Source: a virus. From it: 48,416 nucleotides of DNA. The stretch lies in the IMG/VR virus record IMGVR_UViG_3300045988_069092. One strand, 5' to 3'. Below the pieces are notes generated by a model. It had not been told where the DNA came from. It did not search any database and saw nothing but the letters and a program-made list of their open reading frames with translations. The position numbers were made by a program, and so were the translations under genes. Positions 1 through 6,746 of this stretch are shown in pieces (positions within the stretch are counted from its first letter, which is position 1; each line of letters begins with the position of its first letter).

Positions 1-55
1 TCGTGTATATTATAGCATTTCGGTTCGTAAAAGTCAAGTTCTAATTCTTGTTTTA
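1..55. repeat. 55-bp terminal identity (1-55 = 48362-48416). This is an assembly-style overlap indicating a circular or circularly permuted genome.
   Basis: Direct comparison of the first and last 55 bases shows they are identical. Gene order is continuous across the junction (HNH, promoter, portal). Confidence 0.85.
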
Positions 56-91
56 AGAATTATATGTTGAAAACTTGGTGGAAATTGTGAA

Positions 92-628
92 TTACCGTCT
101 CCTGTTGTTTGCCTGTTCCACCCAAGTAGCCCAACGACAATTACAAGGTTCATAATTCCCATTGTTATCAATGCGGTCTATCGTCAGATTTTCTGCATAG
201 CCGTTTGACAACGCCCAATCACGAAAAGCGGCATAGTCATTGCACCATTCCTCGCAAACGGTTATTCCACGATCACCCCAGTTTGGGTAATCTTTATGAG
301 TTGTACAAAAACAGCGTTCTTTCATACTACGCCAAATACCATATAACCGCTCGTGTCTGCCGCCATGCTTCGTTCGGTATTTTTCGGCGCATGATTTCAT
401 TCTGACCGCTTTTTCGCAACCACAGCTTTTAGTTTTTCCTGTGATTAACTTGTGTGGAACGCAAATTCGTATTTCCCCACAATCGCATTGGCACTTCCAA
501 AGCCAACGGTTGTCTCGATGTATTGGTTCAATCACAGTGAGAGAACCAAATTTTCTACCAACCCATCTCATATCATTGTATTTTGCTTTCAACGCTCGGT
601 TGTTTTCTGCTACATCTTGTCTTACCAT
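92..628 (-). CDS. HNH homing-type endonuclease, packaging-associated
   Basis: Cys-rich zinc-ribbon region (CQCDCG...CGC). C-terminal [19 protein letters not shown] motif typical of HNH_3. GGAGG sits 13 nt upstream. The ATG overlaps the terL stop (ATGGTAA). Confidence 0.75.
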   Translation of the reverse strand: MVRQDVAENNRALKAKYNDMRWVGRKFGSLTVIEPIHRDNRWLWKCQCDCGEIRICVPHKLITGKTKSCGCEKAVRMKSCAEKYRTKHGGRHERLYGIWRSMKERCFCTTHKDYPNWGDRGITVCEEWCNDYAAFRDWALSNGYAENLTIDRIDNNGNYEPCNCRWATWVEQANNRRR

Positions 629-2259
629 GGTCTTTTGAATACCTCCACTGTTCCAGATTGCATTGACTGAATGAACTCCGATAACTGACTAAATGCGTCA
701 GGCACATCATCATGTTTGTTCTTGCCCATCATTGTGTATGAACACAGCATATCCATCGCCCTTTTGTAATCTTTACTGGGAAACGCTGTATCATCTTTGA
801 ACAAGAAATGTTCTTTCACATACGGTGAATTTACAATGATTTTTGTGTCCTTATTGGTAGTGGTAAACTTGGTGGTGATATGGGTGATACCGCCTTTTTT
901 CTTTACCTGTGCCTGAACTGCTTGTGCCACACGACCACCAGCAGAATTAGACTCAAAACGAGCGAGCTTCACCTTGTGTTTAAGAAGAATCTCCACCAGT
1001 CGTGCGTCTACGATTTCTGGTTTGCTATTATCGCATAAAATGTCCTCGATGAAGAAATTCTGTCCATACTGATATGCGATAGGCATACAGCAGTAGTCAG
1101 CGCCCCGGTCTTTTGTATCGCACACAGCAATAATAGCGTCTGGTTCCCCATCGGGGAGGTCAAAATACCGTCTCAGCTCGTCCTTCTGATACAAAATACC
1201 GTCTCTTTCTATGGGCTGATTCATATAAAGAGCTTTCCAAGATATTTCGTCCATGATATTTCTCTGCTCACGGTAGAAACTCGTGCTGAACCCGACACCG
1301 TAAGCGTAATCAAAATTGGACTCGTCATTCTCGTCAAGGGCGGGAATCACAATAAACTTTGCCCGGTCACTGTCGATATACTCCCGCTCAAGCCGCCCAA
1401 TGACATCGTGAACAGACCACCGGGTCGCAATGTGAAGCTCTTTGCAGTTGTGTCCGATTTTACGCTGTCTCAAGTCCGTGGTGTAGGTCTCCCACAGTTT
1501 ATCCAGCCGCTCCTTCGACAACGCCACCTCGATACCAGATACCAAGTCATCACAGTAGAGCAGGGTTGCGGCACGATACAGACCAGCGTTGCCGGTTCCG
1601 ATGGAGGTGAACTCCAAGGTCTCAAAACGCTGTCGTTTGTCGAGGTCGATACGGCAATCCTTGGCGTTGGTGTTGGACACCTTCACATCGGGGAAGACAT
1701 CCTGCCAGAGATAATCGCCGTTCTTGTCCATAATGCGCAGACATTCATCATACACGCCCCGCACAAACGAGTTGGAGTGGGAGCCGGTCAGCATGGGTTT
1801 GTTGGGAATCTTGCCGCCGAGCCATGTGAGGTAGAAGATTGCCAAGGTGGTCTTACCGCTACCGGGAGGAAGGGAGACCGCCAGCAAGTCCAGCTTATCG
1901 TCTGCCAGCTCTTGCAGAGCGTCCACCACCTGCTTCAAGACCTTACGCCGGGGAGGATAGAACTTCTTGTCAGGCTCCCGGTTCCACTCCACATAGAGTA
2001 GGTAGCAGTCAAAATCGTAGGGAGCGGCAGTGAAGCACACTCGCTTGTGCAGGTCGTAAATCGACACGACCTGCTCCCCGGAGATAGACCTGTCGTGCAT
2101 GGCTCGTTCGCACTCAGCGGAGAGGAGCTTCAAGTACTCCACACCGAGACCCACATCGGTCTTCATGGCTTCCCGGCACATGAAGTACAGGTCTTCCATG
2201 GGCTGATAGGCATGAGCCGCCTTTGCCTTTTTGTAAATCGTCTCAAGTAGATTTCGCAT
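622..2259 (-). CDS. terL: Terminase large subunit
   Basis: Walker A motif [10 protein letters not shown]-terminal nuclease-like region, and typical size. The start is refined to the ATG of [10 protein letters not shown], preceded by GGAGGTATCT. The 60 nt of the ORF track further upstream are the hairpin repeat. Confidence 0.9.
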   Translation of the reverse strand: MRNLLETIYKKAKAAHAYQPMEDLYFMCREAMKTDVGLGVEYLKLLSAECERAMHDRSISGEQVVSIYDLHKRVCFTAAPYDFDCYLLYVEWNREPDKKFYPPRRKVLKQVVDALQELADDKLDLLAVSLPPGSGKTTLAIFYLTWLGGKIPNKPMLTGSHSNSFVRGVYDECLRIMDKNGDYLWQDVFPDVKVSNTNAKDCRIDLDKRQRFETLEFTSIGTGNAGLYRAATLLYCDDLVSGIEVALSKERLDKLWETYTTDLRQRKIGHNCKELHIATRWSVHDVIGRLEREYIDSDRAKFIVIPALDENDESNFDYAYGVGFSTSFYREQRNIMDEISWKALYMNQPIERDGILYQKDELRRYFDLPDGEPDAIIAVCDTKDRGADYCCMPIAYQYGQNFFIEDILCDNSKPEIVDARLVEILLKHKVKLARFESNSAGGRVAQAVQAQVKKKGGITHITTKFTTTNKDTKIIVNSPYVKEHFLFKDDTAFPSKDYKRAMDMLCSYTMMGKNKHDDVPDAFSQLSEFIQSMQSGTVEVFKRPW

Positions 2260-2276
2260 AGATACCTCCGTAAAGA

Positions 2277-2325
2277 AAAATGGCGCATGACTGTTTGAGC
2301 TTTTCGCTCTCGCAATCATGCGCCA
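2277..2325 (-). promoter_or_regulatory. 49-nt structured leader/terminator-like hairpin, copy 1, upstream of terL
   Basis: The minus strand reads TGGCGCATGA-TTGCGA-GAGC-GAAAA-GCTC-AAACAG-TCATGCGCCA-TTTT. It has a 10-bp outer stem, an inner 4-bp stem, and a trailing T-run. It is 100% identical to 48295-48343. Confidence 0.7.
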
Positions 2326-2339
2326 TTCAATAATCTCGA

Positions 2340-2915
2340 TTATACCTTCCCGTCAATGATGGATTGGAGCTTTGTCCCAAGCTCAAGCCACTTTGGATGA
2401 ACCTTGTTCCCGATGAACCCGCTGTTCTCGATGTGACAGCTATACCGCTCACCGTTCTTCGTGAAGATTTGCATGAAAAACCCTTCGCCCTCGTTGTAGT
2501 AGGTGGTCTGAGATTTCGACCCCGCCGAAGCCGCTCCAACGACAGCCCCAACGCCACCTGCAATAGCCCCGCCGATGATAGCCCGTGTGATAACACCCTT
2601 GCTCGTGGTCTGCGTCTGAGCTTTCTGCACCACATTCTCCACGATGGAGTACGAGCTGATTTCATCGTAGGGGATAAGGTATTTGACGAACCATATCACT
2701 CGGTTATCGTCACTGAACATGATGTTCTCGTTCGGTGCATACCCGCTGAAACTCTTGAAAATCTGACAGCTCTCAAACAACTTCGCTTGGGAGAGAGCTT
2801 CTTTCGCCAAATCAATCTGATACTGGTCTGGCTTCCGCTTTTTCAGGAGCTTGTCGAGCTTCCTCTGCGCCTTTTCGATGTTCTTGGTGTTGTGAAAATT
2901 ATCGTATTGCCCCAT
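2340..2915 (-). CDS. Hypothetical protein with a glycine-zipper hydrophobic segment
   Basis: ATG (MGQYDNF) preceded by GGAGGGTAAGACC. Contains IIGGAIAGGVGAVVGAASAG. No family recognised. Confidence 0.6.
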   Translation of the reverse strand: MGQYDNFHNTKNIEKAQRKLDKLLKKRKPDQYQIDLAKEALSQAKLFESCQIFKSFSGYAPNENIMFSDDNRVIWFVKYLIPYDEISSYSIVENVVQKAQTQTTSKGVITRAIIGGAIAGGVGAVVGAASAGSKSQTTYYNEGEGFFMQIFTKNGERYSCHIENSGFIGNKVHPKWLELGTKLQSIIDGKV

Positions 2916-2932
2916 GGTCTTACCCTCCAATC

Positions 2933-3041
2933 AAGTAGTCAAAGTAGTTGATTTTCGATTTTTCCGTAAACTTTCGCCTAATGTGCGCATACTAAGAGGA
3001 AGTTACACGCAAAACCTGATTTTCCGCTACTTTAACTACTT
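2933..3041. repeat. Nested palindromic element, copy A (109 bp)
   Basis: Outer arms AAGTAGTCAAAGTAGTTG and CGCTACTTTAACTACTT. Inner arms TTTTTCCGTAAAC and GTTACACGCAAAAC. The centre contains TGCGCA. The right arm contains the stop codon of the serine recombinase gene. Confidence 0.85.
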
Positions 3042-3604
3042 CTTCTGCTGATTTCGTACTGCTTGCACTTGCGGAAGAAGGTGGAGCGGGACATCCCCGA
3101 CTCCTTGATTGCGTCCTTGAGCGGGATTTTGCCAGCCGCCCACGCATTTGCCACGGTGAAGAACCGCTCATTGGCTGGAATCGGCTTGCGCCCCTTGTAC
3201 TTTCCTTCGGACTTCGCAATTTCAATCCCTTCACGCTGTCTCTCCAAAATGCTTTCCCGCTCGAACTCGGCGAGAGCCGCAAACACGGTCAGCACGAACT
3301 TCCCTTGCGGGGTGCTGGTGTCAAACTTCTCCTTCTCGGAGACAAGGTTCACACCACGCTCGGTCAGCGTTGCGACCGTGGCAAGAAGGTCTCGTGTGCT
3401 TCTGGATAGGCGAGAGAACGACTCCACATACAGGGTGTCACCATCACGCAGGAACGAGAGCATTTCGTTGAACAGCGGCCTGTCGGTGTTCTTACCACTG
3501 CGCTTCTCGTGGTAGACCTTCTCCACACCAAGGGACTTCATGAGTTCCATCTGTCTCGCCGGGTTTTGTTCTGCGGTGCTTACTCGTACATAACCGACCC
3601 TCAT
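3032..3604 (-). CDS. Small serine recombinase (resolvase/invertase family) with C-terminal HTH
   Basis: N-terminal MRVGYVRVSTAEQ catalytic-serine motif. Also SRLSRS, FAALAEFERE, and a C-terminal HTH (SRSTFFRKCKQY). Confidence 0.9.
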   Translation of the reverse strand: MRVGYVRVSTAEQNPARQMELMKSLGVEKVYHEKRSGKNTDRPLFNEMLSFLRDGDTLYVESFSRLSRSTRDLLATVATLTERGVNLVSEKEKFDTSTPQGKFVLTVFAALAEFERESILERQREGIEIAKSEGKYKGRKPIPANERFFTVANAWAAGKIPLKDAIKESGMSRSTFFRKCKQYEISRRSS

Positions 3605-3617
3605 GTACTCACCTCCG

Positions 3618-3830
3618 TTATTCCTCCCGCTTCACATAGGTAAGCTCGATGTCGTAGCCAAGAGCTTCCATGATTTCTACGAAGGTCTTATTCACCAGAC
3701 CGTCTTTCTTCTTGATAATGCGGTTGACATACTGGCCTGTCGTGCCAATCTTCTCCGCAAGGTTGAGCTGGCTCATGTGAGATTCAAGGCACTTGACCTT
3801 CACATCGAGTTCAATGTTGTTGCGTACCAT
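3618..3830 (-). CDS. XRE-family HTH transcriptional regulator (70 aa)
   Basis: HTH segment MSQLNLAEKIGTTGQYVNRIIKKK. GGAGG lies 7 nt upstream of the ATG. Confidence 0.8.
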   Translation of the reverse strand: MVRNNIELDVKVKCLESHMSQLNLAEKIGTTGQYVNRIIKKKDGLVNKTFVEIMEALGYDIELTYVKREE

Positions 3831-3858
3831 AATGCACCTCCGTTATCTTTGTGAGATT

Positions 3859-3899
3859 AGTATAGCATTTGAAAAGGTTGTTGTCAACACGGAAAAGAT
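3859..3899 (-). promoter_or_regulatory. Sigma-A-type promoter of the XRE gene, plus a 14-mer operator
   Basis: Minus strand reads TTGACA (3882-3887), a 17-nt spacer, then TATACT (3859-3864). The 14-mer AACACGGAAAAGAT (3886-3899) overlaps the -35 and recurs twice at 12696-12753. Confidence 0.7.
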
Positions 3900-3904
3900 A
3901 ATTT

Positions 3905-4413
3905 TATATCCTTTTTGTTTCTTTTTCGATTTTTGGCGTACTCAAGCCACTCCCTGCGGCTCCTGCCCCGGTGCGCCGTCCCCCTCAGGGAGTGCGGGTG
4001 GTGCGCCCACGGGGACAGGCTCCCGCCCCGCCGCCGTCCCGCTCCCGGTGTCAATAGGGCGGTGAAATTGTGGAACCAGTACCACAAGCCCACGGGGAAA
4101 CCCTATTGACACAAGCCCCCGCCGCTGTCAATGAAATATACCCCAATGAAACCGGGGCAAGGGGCAAGCCCTCAGCAATGAAGGACAGCCACCAGGACAG
4201 GGGCAAGCCCTCAGCAATGCCCAACAGGAACGCACACGCACAACAACAGGAGCGGGAACACGGGACAGGGGACACATGAACAAGTTCCAATATATAGCAC
4301 CCTCCACAATGCCCCTATAAAGCCCCACAAGCCCCGCAAGGGTGCGGGGGGTGGATATACCCCCGGCACAAAACGCCGCACAAGGGGCGGGGCAGGCCAC
4401 GGAAAAAGGGCAT
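3905..4413. other. GC-rich non-coding block of about 500 bp, rich in hairpins and direct repeats. Candidate structured RNA or protein-binding region.
   Basis: Only short low-complexity ORFs occur, in several frames. A 12-bp inverted repeat GTGTCAATAGGG (4048-4059) / CCCTATTGACAC (4101-4112) encloses a TTGTGG/CCACAA stem. CACTCCCTG (3949-3957) pairs with CAGGGAGTG (3985-3993). GGGGCAAGCCCTCAGCAATG occurs twice (4160-4179 and 4199-4218). Confidence 0.4.
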
Positions 4414-4442
4414 AAAAAAAGCCCCGCCCACAAGGGGCGGGG
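4414..4442 (-). terminator. Rho-independent terminator ending the moron cassette
   Basis: Stem CCCCGCCC/GGGCGGGG with a 5-nt loop. On the minus strand it is followed by seven T. Confidence 0.75.
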
Positions 4443-4452
4443 ATATGTACTT

Positions 4453-4518
4453 TCAATTTCGTTTCAGAATCTCAGCCAACAGCACGAACGGGAAAACCAG
4501 CAGGAACAGAAAACCCAT
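4453..4518 (-). CDS. Possible 21-aa hydrophobic peptide (MGFLFLLVFPFVLLAEILKRN)
   Basis: Hand-translated. It is preceded by GAGGAGGTGCAAAAA and is the last ORF before the terminator. It is below the ORF-track size cutoff. Confidence 0.35.
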   Translation of the reverse strand: MGFLFLLVFPFVLLAEILKRN

Positions 4519-4531
4519 TTTTTGCACCTCC

Positions 4532-4825
4532 TCACACGAACAGGAAACGCCGGGTTTCTGTCGTTTTGGTATATCGTGCGGCAATTTCGGGCATATCCCG
4601 TTTTAATGCGGTGGTATCAATGCGGGAACTAATAACGGCTTTATAGCTTGCCTTGTGTTCGCTCCCGGCGATAGTGTCAAGCCCGTTTTCATCCATGTAC
4701 TTTTTCAAACTGTCTTTCAAGCTGTCCAGCGTTTCCCCTATTTCCTCAGCCATTCGGGAATATTCCGCAATTTCACGCATTAAGGCGTTGAGATTGTCCA
4801 TTGCAATTTTGTTATAATCTGTCAT
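4532..4825 (-). CDS. Hypothetical coiled-coil protein (weakly Gp157-like)
   Basis: Start refined to the ATG of MTDYNK, with GGAGGG 7 nt upstream. Only a weak resemblance to a family. Confidence 0.6.
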   Translation of the reverse strand: MTDYNKIAMDNLNALMREIAEYSRMAEEIGETLDSLKDSLKKYMDENGLDTIAGSEHKASYKAVISSRIDTTALKRDMPEIAARYTKTTETRRFLFV

Positions 4826-4841
4826 TTTTAAGCCCTCCATT

Positions 4842-5363
4842 TTAACAAGCTCGGTTATATTGTACCCATGTGGGAATTGTGCGCAATTCGTCCCGCATTT
4901 CCTTTATTGCCGCTTTAATCGCTTTAATAGTGCCGTTATAATCGTTGTACCCGGTACACCAACCCGGCGAACATTGCACCAACCCCAACCCGGCGCAATC
5001 AATCAGAAATTGCTTTATTTCTGTAATTTCCTTGTTTGCGTCCCGCCTGTCTTGCCAACTGTCCAGCGCAACGGGATAATTGTTTTCAATATCAAGCGTG
5101 AACCCCTCATAATATCCCGGCTTGATTGTGATATGGTAATAATGGAAATTGTGCTTGTTCAATTCCGTTTCGATGTTTTCAAAATCGCTTTCATAGCAAG
5201 ATTGAATATAATCGGCTATAGCGTTTTCAATCGTGCCGCCGTACTCCTCACACTCCCGGCGCATTTCCTCCATAAAATCAGAATCGTTTTCAAGCTCCCG
5301 TGAATCATAGGGGCGCAAGCCCATTGTTATATAATCACTTGTAAAATAATGCACTACTCCCAT
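4842..5363 (-). CDS. Hypothetical acidic protein
   Basis: GGAGGGTTGAAAA precedes the ATG. The protein is rich in D and E. No family recognised. Confidence 0.6.
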   Translation of the reverse strand: MGVVHYFTSDYITMGLRPYDSRELENDSDFMEEMRRECEEYGGTIENAIADYIQSCYESDFENIETELNKHNFHYYHITIKPGYYEGFTLDIENNYPVALDSWQDRRDANKEITEIKQFLIDCAGLGLVQCSPGWCTGYNDYNGTIKAIKAAIKEMRDELRTIPTWVQYNRAC

Positions 5364-5366
5364 TTT

Positions 5367-5723
5367 TCAACCCTCCATATAGCTATAATCGTACTGTTTA
5401 ACCGTTCCCGTTGTTGCCGCCGTGGGCTTTTCGCCCGTGAACCGATCAACCCACACAACCGGGATATAAAAAGCGGTGTATCTGCCTGTTTCTGTGTTGG
5501 TGCAATTATAAAATTCAAAAGCGTTCAAGAGCTTTTCAAAATCCACCCCGGCACAATTTTCTTGCGCTCTATTCATATCCATATCAAGCCGAAACGGGGA
5601 ACCGGGGCGCAAATTGCAAGGGCAGAAACGAACGGTTAAACCGTTGTTATAGGCTTTTCGGGCTTGCTTTTTGTCTACCCGCTCAAAAGTAAAGCCGTTT
5701 TCTGTAAAGGTGTAAGCCCTCAT
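5367..5723 (-). CDS. Hypothetical protein
   Basis: Start refined to MRAYTF, with GGGAGGG upstream. It follows the stop of the preceding gene closely. Confidence 0.6.
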   Translation of the reverse strand: MRAYTFTENGFTFERVDKKQARKAYNNGLTVRFCPCNLRPGSPFRLDMDMNRAQENCAGVDFEKLLNAFEFYNCTNTETGRYTAFYIPVVWVDRFTGEKPTAATTGTVKQYDYSYMEG

Positions 5724-5725
5724 TT

Positions 5726-6061
5726 TCAAACCCTCCCGCCGTTCAACTTGCAAAATTCTTGCAATAAAATTTCGGTTTTTTCCTTTTGTTCCTCGTATGG
5801 CATGGAATAATTGCCCCAAATTTCACGGGCTTTTTGCTCATATTCCGCTACACCGTCAAGCCGTTTTCCCGGCATATTTCTATAACCGGTGCAAATTGTG
5901 ACCCCGTAAACCTCGAAAACATCGAAATTCCAGCCATATACACCACAGGTGTAAGCAATGGGGGAATGATTGCGGAGTAAATAGGCAAGATCACAATACC
6001 CGGCAGAACGAACATTTACAGAACCGTTTACAACGGCTTTTCTCGTGTTTTTGTATTTCAT
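5726..6061 (-). CDS. Hypothetical protein
   Basis: GGAGGGCGCAAAA precedes the ATG. I recall the motif pattern GYCDL...GVYGWN...TGYR from conjugative-element small proteins. This was not verified. Confidence 0.6.
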   Translation of the reverse strand: MKYKNTRKAVVNGSVNVRSAGYCDLAYLLRNHSPIAYTCGVYGWNFDVFEVYGVTICTGYRNMPGKRLDGVAEYEQKAREIWGNYSMPYEEQKEKTEILLQEFCKLNGGRV

Positions 6062-6076
6062 TTTTGCGCCCTCCTC

Positions 6077-6307
6077 TTATAAATTCATGTATGCGGCCTT
6101 GTTCAACCCGCAAAAGGCTTTAATGTGTCGGCCTGTTGTGGCTGTCCACCCGTCCCACATTTTCACAAGCTCCCCGGAAACAAGGCGTTTTACAATGGGC
6201 GTTCCGTAACTGTAAAGCGTTTCCGTCCCGTTGTCCTCTACGATCACAACCGCTTTTCCATAAAAACTTTTGCGACCGTCTGTCGGTTTCAATTCGTATT
6301 CTTTCAT
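6077..6307 (-). CDS. Hypothetical protein (KSFYGKA...TTGRHI type)
   Basis: Start refined to MKEYELK, with GGAGG upstream. The resemblance to small proteins of plasmid/ICE leading regions is from memory only. Confidence 0.6.
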   Translation of the reverse strand: MKEYELKPTDGRKSFYGKAVVIVEDNGTETLYSYGTPIVKRLVSGELVKMWDGWTATTGRHIKAFCGLNKAAYMNL

Positions 6308-6365
6308 TCTGAAAACCTCCGCTAAATATATTTGATTGTTTGTACTAAATTTCTTTAGTGTCTTC

Positions 6366-6394
6366 ATGATACACTAAAAATAATTAGTTGTCAA
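6366..6394 (-). promoter_or_regulatory. Sigma-A-type promoter of the five-gene moron cassette
   Basis: Minus strand reads TTGACA (6389-6394), a 17-nt spacer, then TATCAT (6366-6371). Confidence 0.6.
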
Positions 6395-6478
6395 TAGGTT
6401 TTTGCAAAATATTTTTAGTGATTTTCAAGAGGTTTTCAAGCGTCTATTTACTTTTGACTATTTACATATATAAAGTAT

Positions 6479-6504
6479 GACAGCCCTGGACAGCCCTGGA
6501 CAGC
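6479..6504. repeat. Tandem repeat GACAGCCCTG, 2.6 copies
   Basis: Read directly from the sequence, in an AT-rich intergenic region. Confidence 0.8.
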
Positions 6505-6654
6505 TTAAAACACATATAATATAGAAATATCTATTTGAATCGTTTACTAAATAGTAAATGTTGTGTATAACTTTCCTTATAAGGGGGCTATATAGAAAAA
6601 GTTGCACACATGATTTACTAAACAATAAACGAAAGGACCGCCACCAGGCCCGGC

Positions 6655-6746
6655 ATAGTCGGAAAAGGGGCGGTCATAGTCGCAAAGTGTTTGCTATCTC
6701 ATAGTCGATAGTCGCTTGAGAGTTGATAGTCGATAGTCGTTAGTCG
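6655..6746. repeat. Array of seven same-orientation ATAGTCG (one TTAGTCG) iterons at the 3' end of terS
   Basis: Copies at 6655, 6676, 6701, 6708, 6726, 6733 and 6740. Further copies lie at 6812 (inside terS) and 7317 (overlapping the terS start codon). Confidence 0.8.

Noticed and set aside
1-55. The terminal 55-bp repeat as a physical direct terminal repeat of the virion DNA.
   Set aside because: The length is typical of an assembler k-mer overlap, and the repeat cuts through a promoter with no terminase-site features. The sequence alone cannot distinguish the two readings, so it is treated as a circularisation artefact.
2339-2344. TATAAT just upstream of the terL hairpin copy as a second late promoter.
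   Set aside because: There is no acceptable -35 at a 16-18-nt spacing and no TG extension. The hexamer also contains the stop codon of the preceding gene.
3884-4456. Several 60-100-aa ORFs on both strands in the GC-rich block.
   Set aside because: They overlap in multiple frames, are dominated by P/G/A/R/C runs, and have no SD sequences. The region is better explained as non-coding structured DNA or RNA.
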